Assembly (NCBI GenBank): GCA_012862495.1
Contig: BLSG01000086.1
Coordinates: 327,031 to 380,665 of the forward strand
Length of the DNA: 53,635 bases
Reading direction: 5' to 3'
DNA from: Thraustochytrium aureum
Lineage: Eukaryota
Position numbers and translations under genes: made by a program. The notes under the pieces were generated by a model. That model was not told the origin of the DNA. It ran no database searches and was given only the letters and a program-made list of their open reading frames with translations. This document shows positions 11,401 through 22,670 of the stretch, one piece after another (position 1 is the stretch's first letter; each line of letters begins with the position of its first letter).

Positions 11401-14400
11401 CGCGGGTGTCGGGATCGGGCGACCCGGTTGCGAGCGCGTTCGCAAGTTGAACACATTCGCGCACTTGCTGAACCACCTCCAAAACTGCCTCGGCCTCCAT
11501 CGCGCGCTTCGCATCTCGGAGCTCTGCGAGCTCGAGCTGCGCCGCTTCGATCTCTGCGAGCGCCGCATTGAGCTGCTTACGCGTTTCGCCACCGACTTGA
11601 TCCGTCGCTTCAACCTGCTGCTCTTGTGGAGCTTCGGAAGGTGCGGCGTCGTTTTCGAGGACCTCGCCCGTGCAGGTTTCGCCGTCTCCCAGCTCGGGGC
11701 GGCCGCCAGCCGCCTCCCTGGAGCTCGTCTCCGCTAGCGCTCTAGCGAGTTCTAGCTCGAGCTCCTCTACCCGCTGTGCTGCAGAGCATGCGCACTGCGT
11801 TGCCTCTGCGCCTGAGTCGGGCACCTCGCTCTCGCAAACCTGCGGATCCCCAGGACCTAGGTCAGGCTTTGAGTGCAGCTCGAGCTGGGCGCGAACGTCG
11901 TCCAGGAGAGTCTGCAGGCTTGCTGTTTCTCTGCCTCCTCCCGCAGCTGCGCGTCGCGTTCCGCCAAAAGAGCGGCCGACTCTTCCAACGCTGCGCGGGA
12001 TTCGGCAATGGAAGCCTCCGCCGCTTGCAAAGCCTGCGAAGCGGCGGAGAGTTCGGACTCTAGCGCAGCAAGGCGGACGTTGGCGAGCTCGGTTCGTCCC
12101 GACTCGTGCGCCTTCGCAGCCAGGGCGGCGTCCGCGAACTGCGCACACTCAGAGACAGCCTGCATGACCTCGGAGACAGCGCCTCGGAAATCGTACTGGA
12201 TTGATTCCTTGGCGACAAACTTGCCGAGTTGTTGGTCGAGCTGCTCGAACGCGGCGTGAAAATCGTCGATCGTTGCGATCGCATCCATATCCTCTTCTGC
12301 GTCCGCTGGCTCGGCAGCCTGGTTGTCAGGCGCTCCGTGCAAAACGCCCTGCATGACTTTGCTGATCCCCCGCGAGCCAGGGAGCGGGCTCTGTGATCTG
12401 CGTCGGAGCGCGCCGCCGCGCTGCTCGATAGGCTCGACTAGGTCAACTCGGTAGAGCGCGGCGGCTTCTTCGTGTGCGCGGTCTCGCTCTTGCTCGAGCT
12501 TTTTGTTCAGCCCCATTAACTTTGTCGTTCGACTGGACAGCGTCGCGAGCGCCAGGTCGCGCACTTTGAGCTCGTCGCGAAGCTTGTCAAGCTCTCGAGT
12601 GTCGCTAAGCTTGAGCTCGAGCGAGGCGCGCTCTTCAGCCGCCAGCTTGAGCTCCACCGCGGAGCGGTCCAGGTCCTCTTCGAGCTGGGTGATCTTCGCG
12701 TCGGCGTTCTCAACGTCAGCGTCGCGAGCCGCCAGCTTTGCAGCTAGTTCAGCTCGTGCATTTGCGGCTTCCTCCACACGGAGGGAGCGTTCCTCCTCGC
12801 TCTTTCGCAGGGCCGCCTCTGCTTTGGCCTTTTGCTCCTCGAGCTCTGCTATGGAGGCTCGCATGCTCCCAAGCATCTCGTTGTTGGTGGTGATTTGTGC
12901 CTGCAGCTCGTCGTCCTTGGCGCGTAGCTCGCCCTCCTTTGCATGCAGATCAGCCTCATGCTGGGCTTCGGCTTGCTCGGCCGCAGCCTCTAGCGCCCGA
13001 ATGCGACGCTCAAGCTCGGCCCGTCCCACCTCAAGCTCGTACCGCTGCTGGTTTCCTTCACGGCCTCTGCCTCTGCCTGCGCGAGCTGGCTTTTCAGCTC
13101 GGCTTGCTCAGTTGCAAAATCCTCAGTCGCACTCTGGAGGTCTATCTCCGCCTGGGCGAGCTGGCCCTTGAGCGCCGATCGCTCTGTTCTGAGGTCCTCC
13201 ACTGCCGCGTTCATGGCTGCAAGCCTCTCCTTCGCATCGTGCAGCTCGGTTTCGAAAGCCGCACGCGCCTCCTGTATCTCACTGTCTCTTTCTGCGCGAG
13301 TTGACTCGACAAGCGCGAGTTGGCCCCGAAGGTCTTCGGCCGATTTGGCGGCCTCGGCGCGCGCCCCTTCGGTGTCCTCGAGTTGGCTCTGCAGCACTGC
13401 CCGGGCAGCGACAGCTTCTGCCAATGACCTTTCGAGGTCTGCAAAGCGGGATCTCAAATCGACGAGTTCCTCAGCTGCAAGCTCTCGCTCGCTACAGACC
13501 GCCTTCACTTCGTCGGCAAGCGACTGTGCTTCGGCCCGCAGAGACGCAACAAGGCCCTCCGCCTCGCCTTGTGCTTGCTGCGCAGAGCGAGCTTGTTCTT
13601 GGGCTTCGCGCAGGGCATCTTGCAGCTCGGCCAACTTTTGCTCCAGCTGGTTCTCGCTGCCCGCCTGCGCGGCGCGGAGTTCGGCGAGCTCGGCTCGAAG
13701 CGTTTCCAGCTCGTTTGTGCTCCGCCCGACGTCTTGCGCAAGAGACGCGCAGCGGCCCTCAAGCTCGCCCANNNNNNNNNNNNNNNNNNNNNNNNNNNNN
13801 NNNNNNNNNNNNNNNNNNNNNNNNNNNNNNNNNNNNNNNNNNNNNNNNNNNNNNNNNNNNNNNNNNNNNNNNNNNNNNNNNNNNNNNNNNNNNNNNNNNN
13901 NNNNNNNNNNNNNNNNNNNNNNNNNNNNNNNNNNNNNNNNNNNNNNNNNNNNNNNNNNNNNNNNNNNNNNNNNNNNNNNNTTGGGCCTCAGCAAGCTCGT
14001 CGGAACGTTGGGCGGCTTCGAGTCTGGAAGCCTCCAAGGCTGACAGATGCCCGGCACAAGCCTCTTCCAAACCCTTCAGCTTTTGCACGAGCTCGTCGTC
14101 TGGTGCACTGGACCCCCAGTTCCCGCTGCCACCGGCTGGTTCAGCTGTGCCGTGTTCCTCGTTTTCGTACGTGTCGAAGAACCCAGACGACTCGGCGTTT
14201 GCGCCACTCGTTTGGAAGGGGTCGCCAGCTCCGCCCTGGAACGCTGACGGTGTCGCATCTTGCCCCACAGTGGGTGGAAAGCCTTGGTCGTCCTCGCGGT
14301 CGTCCTTCCAAGAGTCGAAGAACCCGGCCGCATCCCGCTCAGCCGTCGCCGACGACGTGTGGTCTGGCAGAGGTTCCAACGCCGACTGAGGAGTAGCATG

Positions 14401-16919
14401 TGCTGCGGTGCGCCGCTCCGGGGTCGCGAGGGCGTCCCAATCAAGCGTCGCCGCGGGTTCCGCACCGTCATCGCCGACTGGCTCACTCTGGTCCGAAACT
14501 TGACTGCTTGCGCCCTGCAGGGCCTGCGACTGCGCAGAGCCAGGCTCATGTTTGCGTTGCCAGGCCGCCGGGGTATTGGGAGGTGGCGAGGGCGGCGCGT
14601 TTTCAAAAGCGGGCGCCGCAGCCGAGAGCTTGTCGAGGCGCGAGAGGGCATCGTCTAGTTCGCTTCCCTTGTTGAGCAGGTCTTCTTCAAGGAGCTCCTT
14701 CTCTGCGCGCAGCTCTCGCAACTCAATTTGAAGTTCTCGCATTGCAGCGACATGTGCGTTCGCGTCCTGAAGGTCTTCCTTCACTTGCGCGTTCTCGCGC
14801 ACCAAGTTTTCGAGCTGCGCGGCGGCCTCTTCCAGCTGCCGGGACAAGGCCTCCATGGAGGCCAGCGCCTGGTCGCGCTCATGCCGCAGATCCTTGATCA
14901 GCTCGTGCTCAGCTCCATCCAAGGAAACGCTTCGGGTCTCCGTAACGGCCCCGGGCTGCTCGACGCTCGCGACAGAATCAGGCTCTTGGTTGTCAGTCGA
15001 TGCAGGCCCGAAGAGGTCCGGTGGAGCGAGGGGCGTAATTGGGCTCGTACGCCCTGGACTAGGAAATCGCGATTGCTGGGGCTCCTGATCTGCGAACCAC
15101 TCCGAGGCGTCGTTCGCCCCGGCATCGCGCTCTGCAATAAAGGCGCCCCAGTCAAGCTCGGCGGCAGTCCCACCGTTGGCCGTAATCGGCGGTATGACTG
15201 CAGACGCGGGGGCGGCGCGCGGGGAAGCGGCACGCTGCAGCGGAGGTTGAGGATCGGCGGCACTCGTTTCGCTCACTCGCTGGGCTGCCGCGGCAAGTTG
15301 CGACTGCAGGTCCTCGAGACTCGTCTCCAGCTCCTGAATCCTATCATGCAGATGGCGCTCGGCCGCGGCGCTTGACTCGCTATCCCTGGTCTTTTCCAAA
15401 ATGACCACAGACTGCTCGTCGTACTCGGCGCGAAGCTTGTTGAGCTGGGCCTCGAAATCGACACAAAGGGCACGGCTCTCCTGAAGCTTTTGGTGCAAGT
15501 CAGCAATGCGGCGCTCCTGTGCCTCGCTTTCCAGGTGGGATTCTTCGGAGACGGCCGCCTTTGCGGCTTGCTCGTTTTGCAGGTTGTCGAGATGCTCTTC
15601 GAGGTCTTCCTTCTCCTTGGCGGCGATGGCAAGCTGGTCGCGGACGGCGTCTAGATCGCTGCCAAGGGTGTCGAGCTCCAGTTGCAGCGAATCACGATCG
15701 CTCTCGAGCTGCTTGATCCTCTCGTCGGCTTCAGCGAGCTGCCGTGCCGTTTGAGCGCTGGCTGCGTCCAACTCCGCAGCCGCCGCCTCCTGCTCCTCCC
15801 TGGCTGCTTTCGACTCTTCCAGCTCCGCTTGGCGCTTGCGGTACTTTCTTGTGAGCTTTGCGAGCTGGTCCTTTTTCGTCTCGAGCTCCGCGTTTGCTGC
15901 TTCGATCCTGGCCTGCAGTTCCGTCTGCACCTCTGCGGCCTGCTGGTTCGCAGATGCCAAGTCGAGGGAAGCCCGCTCGAGCTGCGACTTTAGCAGGGCG
16001 TGATCGTCCGGGTCAACGGACTCTGAGAGTTGCAACTCGAGCTGCGCGACCTGCTCGCACAAATCGCGCTCTCGCATCTCCAGATCGTTGAAGCGCGACT
16101 GCAGCTGGTCGTGCTGCTCTTTGAGTTGGTTGTGCGCTAGCGTTGCCGTGGCGGCACGCGCTAGCTCGTCGCGCAGCTCTGTCGCCTCGCGCTGCAGGGC
16201 CTCCAAGGCTTCGCCTTGGGCGGCCCGCTCGCATCAAGCGTCGCTTGAAGGGCGCTGATCTCCGCCGCGGCGGCGGCAGACGCGGCGCTGCTGGCCTCGC
16301 CCTCACGCCTAGCCTCTGGGCCTCGAGCTCAGCTTCGCGTAGCTGCGCGAGCAACGGGGCCGTGGCGGCCTCCTTGGCGCTCTCGACCTCGGCCATTGCT
16401 GCTTCGCGGTGCTGTTCGAGCGACTTCTCGAGCTCCGCCGCTCGCGACGCCAGCTCAGCGAGCGCTTGCTGGGCGCCGCCTCAGCGGCAGTGGCAGAAAN
16501 NNNNNNNNNNNNNNNNNNNNNNNNNNNNNNNNNNNNNNNNNNNNNNNNNNNNNNNNNNNNNNNNNNNNNNNNNNNNNNNNNNNNNNNNNNNNNNNNNNNN
16601 NNNNNNNNNNNNNNNNNNNNNNNNNNNNNNNNNNNNNNNNNNNNNNNNNNNNNNNNNNNNNNNNNNNNNNNNNNNNNNNNNNNNNNNNNNNNNNNTGAAG
16701 CCAAGTCAGCTTCTGCTTGATCGTGCGGTTCTCCTTTTCGGTCATCGCCAGCTTTTTGCGCAGCGCTCGGATCTCAGAGTTGAGCGAGTACGCCCTCTCT
16801 TCCGCGCGCAACTTGACCGAAGCGAGGTGCTCCGACAGCAGCTGCACCTCTTCCTCGCCAAGGGCCGGCGAGTCGCCCCCAACCGCCCTCGCCGCCGCGT
16901 CGCGCGGAGGCGTCTCCAT
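8463..16919 (-). CDS. Very large coiled-coil protein with a C-terminal hydrophobic segment (golgin-like); several frameshifts and gaps; may be more than one gene
   Basis: Successive minus-strand ORFs (16455-16919, 16013-16396, 13759-16206, 12990-13770, 11857-13029, 11009-11900, 10389-11033, 9841-10602, 9135-10079, 8851-9160, 8463-8945) are E/L/A/Q/R heptad-rich or low-complexity and join through indels. The end includes LASWTYNYILPHLLLVLTTFLLSLG. Confidence 0.55.
9681..9770 (-). repeat. 18-bp coding tandem repeat, 5 units (YADQSG/YAGQAG/YAGQAG/FADQSG/YGDQSG)
   Basis: Visible in DNA and in the translation of ORF 9135..10079. Confidence 0.85.
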
Positions 16920-17900
16920 CCCGCGCGCCTCCCGAAGCACCTCCAGGTGCCGCGGGCCGCCGCTTCGACCTCCTCTTCGGGCTCGGGCCCGTCGCCGCCT
17001 CCCCCGCAGCCGCGCTCGGCCCCAGCGCCAGGTTGGCGGTCGGTGGCTGGACGGACGACAGTCGGACGGCCTGATAGACAGATGGATAGAGGGAGTGCCA
17101 AACGGATCGAGAGAGGCCCCCGCCCCAGCGGCTCGGCCGGCAGGCACGCCCGCGCGCTCCACGCCCGCTCGCCGCTATCCCTCGCGCGGACACTACCGAG
17201 CGCCCTGCGCGCCACTCAGCCCTTCGCGACTCCGGCTCTGCCTGCCGCGCTGCGTTGCGTAGTGCTTGCGCCCAGCCGCTCGACTTGGCCCACAGCCCGC
17301 GCGCCGCGTGCGGTTCCACCCTCGATGCACGCTCTTGCGCGCCGCTCGACCCCTCGAATCATCCTCCTGCGCAGCTTTTTCCCCCGACGATCAAAGAGCT
17401 ATTCGGAGATTCTAGCACTGTCTATCTTCAAGTGTCTGACGGCACAGAGGACTCGTTCGATCAAGAGCGACGATGGACAATGCGGTCTTGATGGAGCTGT
17501 GAGCGCGGCGCCTGCATCCGCTATGAAGCAGGTCAGTCGGGGTCGACGGCAGCAGCGCTCAAGGCCTGCCTTCAACTCGCTCGCTTCTCTCGTGTCTGTC
17601 CTGAACATGTTCCAGGGGCGCTGGACGTCCAAGGCACTCAAGACCCGCGAGGCTGATCAGTGGCGGGCGGCGGTGGAGCGACGAGGCCATGTCGTTGTTG
17701 CAGCGAGTGCGCATCAAGTCGCTGCCTCGGCGGCGTGGCGCGCTTCGAGCACCGCTTGCTCTTGGCGGCGACGCGGACCGCGCGGCACGCTGAAGCCGGA
17801 GGCCGGCTGGCCGGGTTTCGGTCCTCCCCGGCCGATTCTGACCGCGCGAACGGCCGGACGCGGCCACGACGAGGCAGGCGTGTGAGGCGCACAGGCCCTG

Positions 17901-20900
17901 ATGGATCCGGAGGAGGAGCGCAAGCTGCTGACGCGGTGCGACCGCGAGCCTATCCACCTGGTGCCCGAGATCCAGGACACGGGCGCGCTTGTCGTCGTTG
18001 ACGTGACCAAGTCGCTCCTCGCCGCAGCGACCTTGCAAGGCGCCGTCCTGGAGCCGCTTGTCGTGCAGGTGAGCGAGAACGTCGAGCGGTTTGGCCTGGC
18101 GAGCCCAAACAAGCTGCTGGGCAAGTCCTTGCTGGACTGGTTTCACGACAAGAGCGACTTTAGCGACTTTTTGCGGCGCGTGCTCATGAAAACTGCTGAT
18201 GCCGGGGGCGTGTACGAGCACACGATCGAGCTGGACGCTTCAGCGGCAGACGGCAGCAGCGGCTTGGTCAACGAGTGGTGGGACAAGTGCTTTACCTACG
18301 ACGCCCACCTGGATTTCCTCAAGCAGTGCAAGCGCAACACCGAGACGGAGCTCCGGGCTTGCACTCGGATCTTGTCCCTCCTCAGCAACCCCAACGGCGA
18401 GGACGACGCAATCCAGCGACTGCACGTTCTCGGCTACGTTGTGCCCCACGGACCGCGCACCCTTATCGCGCTGGAGTTTGAGCCCACGGACGTCCTCTCC
18501 CTGACCAGTTTCGACGCTTGCAACGTGGTCCAGTCGATGACCAATCTCGCCATGGAGCTCTCGACGGCTCGCTCTGAGGCCGAACTGTGCGAGCGCGTCG
18601 TCCACGTCGTGCAAGAGACCACAGAGTACGACCGCGTGATGGTTTACAAGTTTGATGGGAGCGGGCACGGCACAGTCGTCGCGGAGGCGCTGGGCGAGAG
18701 GCTCGACAAACGCCTCGCAAGTTTCGAGGGGCTCAAGTTCCCCCGAGCGGACATTCCACATCAGGCACGCGCCTTGTACATCCGGAACAAGGTTCGCGCG
18801 ATCGCCGACGTGGCGGCGCCGCCCGTCCGCCTGACGCCTGCTGTGATCGACTTGAAGCCCGTCGACATGAGCGATTCGCGGCTCCGTAACCTTGCTGCGG
18901 TCCACCTGCAGTACCTGCGCAACCTTGGGGTGACCGCGTCCGCCTCGGCAAGCATCGTGGTGGAAGGCGAGCTGTGGGGCCTGATCGCGTGCCACCACTG
19001 CTCTGGCCCGCACGAGCTCAACGCGTTTCGGCGCATGCGCCTTATGACCGTGGCCGCCTTGGTGCAAAACAACATGGAGGCGCAGCTCAACAGGGATCGC
19101 CAGGAGTTGCTGCGTCGCGTGCACCGGGCCACGGCTATTCCTGGAGAGCCCCGGGCGCAACCCAGACGACTGTCTGGAAGCGATGGCGGCCGACCTTGCC
19201 AAGATCTTCCGATCCGACGCTGTGTTGCTTGCCACCTACAAGCCGGAGGTGGTGGAGGCCCTGGGCGAGGCCGGCGAGGACGTGCGGCTGACGATTTCGA
19301 AAATTGAAGCCCGCGGCAAGCCAGTCGACGTTGCCTTTGTGCACAAGTGCGCAACCGAGCTCGTCCATCGCTGCAAGAGCAACGGGGACGTGCCCTTCAC
19401 CAGCACGCTGCCCGCCACTCTGCCAGAGCTCTGGGAGCAGTACGAGCACAAGGAGGGCAACATCAAGCCGTGCGGGATCGCTGTCGCGAAGTGCATGGCG
19501 TACGACCTCATCCTCGTTCGCGACGAAATGCGCCGGAACGAGCGCTGGGCGGGAGCTGAAGGGTATCGACTTGGGCTGAGCGGCATCAAAGGCGTGAGGA
19601 AAGGCGAGACTGGGGCAGGCGACTGGAGGGGCGACGACCGGGGCGCAGAGTCCACAGGCGAGACGCGGCTGGAGCCGCGCGCCTCGTTCAAGGCGTACGA
19701 CCAGCAAGTCGTAGACCTGGCCGAGCAATGGCAGAGCGACGAGGTCGAGGGCATCAAGCTCGCGCGGATGCGGCTCCTCGCCGCTGCGGAGCGCGTGCAT
19801 CTAACGAACGCGCGCGTGTCGCTGCGCATCTCCAAGATGACCAAGCAGTTCCTGGCGCACATGAGCCACGAGCTGCGGACCCCGTTCAACGGGATCGTGG
19901 GCATGCTCAGCGTTCTCCTCGAGGACGACTCGCTCCCCGCTCACGTAGGCAAGATGCTGCAGACCGTGAACCGTTCGGCGGAAGCCATGCTCGACATCCT
20001 GGATGACATCCTCACTGTGACGAAGCTTGACGAGGGCAAAATGACGCTGCGCAGCACCCGCTTTTACATGGAAAGCATCTTGGAGGATGTCACCAAGCTG
20101 TTTCAGGTGCGAGCGGACAAGCTCGGCGTGCGGATCTCGTCCGAGGTGGACTCGGCCACGGCGCGCGAAGAGCTCGTCGGCGACGGCGGTCGCATTCGCC
20201 AGGTGCTGCTCAACGTGATCGGCAACGCGCTGCGCTTTGTCCCGGGCAAGACTGGCAGCGTCCGGGTGCACTTCAAGCTGGCGCGCTCCTTCGAGGAGTT
20301 GGTGCCGGACATTGCCAAACTTGAGGAGTCGTATGCGATCGGAACGCACAGCGTGACGCAAATTGTGAACGCCGTCAACAGGTCTTTCCGCGACGCCAAG
20401 GAGCGCTCTCGGAGCGGCGTTTGGCGCGGCGATGAGGCTCCGCAGCTCCAGGCCCCGGAGGCGGCCCCGGTCGCAGCCGCTCGGCGGCCAGAGGGCATGC
20501 AGCGTTGGGCTCTTTTGACAGTGTCAGACGACGGCATAGGGATCGACGCGAGCGGGACTAGCAACCTGTTCCGAAAGTTTTCGCAGCTCGACTCGAGCGT
20601 GAAAAAGTCGTACCAAGGCACCGGGCTCGGGCTGTCCATTTGCTTTCAGCTCTGCCGGCTCATGGGTGGCGCGATCTGGTGCTTTTCGACCAAAGAAAAG
20701 CTGCAGGGCAGCAACGTTGAGGACGGGCAGAGCAAAAAGCGCCGGCGCGTAGAGGCCGCGGACACCTCAAAGTGTGTGGGCACAGCGTTCCAGTTCGTGA
20801 TCCCGCTGCAAGCCGTCGAGGGCGCGCACTCGGAAGGCCTCTCCGGGCTCAGGCCGTGCGAGGACATGGAGACCTCGACCTTCGACGGCCTCGGTGGCGC

Positions 20901-21456
20901 GCGCACGCCGTCGCACCGAACAGATGAGACGATGGCGGCGAGCTCCAGCGCCCAGACAAGTGCCTCTGCGGGATCGCCTCCTCAAGCAGTTGGCTTTGAC
21001 ACTTCTCTCGCAGAGCAATCGGCCAGCATTCGGCTCGTGCAAGGCCTCAGCACTTCAGAGGAGCACATCCTCTCGGAGGCCTGCAAGTCACTGCAAAGGA
21101 TCGTGCTGGCTGCAGATGACAACGAGGTGAACCGTGCAGTGCTGCAGAGCACGTTTGAGCGCAAGATCCCGGAAGTGCAGCTCGCGATTTTCGAGGGGGG
21201 CGCCTCCGCGCTGAGGGCGTCCAAGCACCTCGACGAGCCCAAGGTCGCGGCAGTCCTGCTCGACCATCACATGCCAGACCTCAGTGGGGTGGAGGCTGGT
21301 GTGCTCATCCGCAAGCGGTTCCCCAACACGCCGATCTACATCATCACGGCGGACTGCTCGATTACTGCTGAGCAGGTGCAGCGTTTGGGTCTCACCGGCG
21401 TCGTGCACAAGCCGGTGTCCGTGATGAAGATCCGCAGCCTGCTCCCAAACCTCTGA
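17901..21456 (+). CDS. Phytochrome hybrid sensor histidine kinase (PAS-GAF-PHY-HisKA-HATPase-REC); one frameshift near 19139
   Basis: LTRCDREPIH (N-terminal bilin Cys), YDRVMVYKF, FPRADIPHQARALY (DIP), HLQYLRNLGV, LWGLIACHH, WAG...LEPRASF (PHY tongue), FLAHMSHELRTPFNGIVG, QVLLNVIGNALRF, VSDDGIGI, GTGLGLSIC, and receiver ADDN...LLDHHMP...ITAD...HKP. Deleting one base in ATTCCTG joins the two ORFs (RATAI-LESPGRNPDDCLEAMAAD). Confidence 0.92.
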
Positions 21457-22670
21457 TGCGCATGCGTGGCATCTCCACTGTCGCTTGTCCGTTCATCAGG
21501 CAGCTCCGATGCGCCGCCGCCGCATCATCCGAGTTCGCATTCGCCGAATTCGCAACGTCTCGATACATCATGATCGTGCATCANNNNNNNNNNNNNNNNN
21601 NNNNNNNNNNNNNNNNNNNNNNNNNNNNNNNNNNNNNNNNNNNNNNNNNNNNNNNNNNNNNNNNNNNNNNNNNNNNNNNNNNNNNNNNNNNNNNNNNNNN
21701 NNNNNNNNNNNNNNNNNNNNNNNNNNNNNNNNNNNNNNNNNNNNNNNNNNNNNNNNNNNNNNNNNNNNNNNNNNNNNNNNNNNNNNNNNNNNNNNNNNNN
21801 NNNNNNNNNNNNNNNNNNNNNNNNNNNNNNNNNNNNNNNNNNNNNNNNNNNNNNNNNNNNNNNNNNNNNNNNNNNNNNNNNNNNNNNNNNNNNNNNNNNN
21901 NNNNNNNNNNNNNNNNNNNNNNNNNNNNNNNNNNNNNNNNNNNNNNNNNNNNNNNNNNNNNNNNNNNNNNNNNNNNNNNNNNNNNNNNNNNNNNNNNNNN
22001 NNNNNNNNNNNNNNNNNNNNNNNNNNNNNNNNNNNNNNNNNNNNNNNNNNNNNNNNNNNNNNNNNNNNNNNNNNNNNNNNNNNNNNNNNNNNNNNNNNNN
22101 NNNNNNNNNNNNNNNNNNNNNNNNNNNNNNNNNNNNNNNNNNNNNNNNNNNNNNNNNNNNNNNNNNNNNNNNNNNNNNNNNNNNNNNNNNNNNNNNNNNN
22201 NNNNNNNNNNNNNNNNNNNNNNNNNNNNNNNNNNNNNNNNNNNNNNNNNNNNNNNNNNNNNNNNNNNNNNNNNNNNNNNNNNNNNNNNNNNNNNNNNNNN
22301 NNNNNNNNNNNNNNNNNNNNNNNNNNNNNNNNNNNNNNNNNNNNNNNNNNNNNNNNNNNNNNNATGCCGTGCGCCGAGGCGAGCGCGCGGGCGGGCTGGT
22401 GGTCGTGGGCGGCCAGGTCGTGGCGCGCCCTGGGGGCTTGGGAGACTCGGCGACGGGCCGAACGCGACGCGTGCTTGTGACGGGGTGCGGCAGGGGAGTG
22501 AATTGGAAAATGCAGCGTGGTCAAATGCCACGCTCATGGGCCGCCTGGCCGCCGCTACCGCGGAGTCGGGCTTTGGACACGGCTTTGCTTGTACTGCATC
22601 GTGAATAGCTTGTGAGCGTGACAACAAGAACAAGAAAGGTTTTCTTTTATAAAACGTGCCGCCGGCCCCA

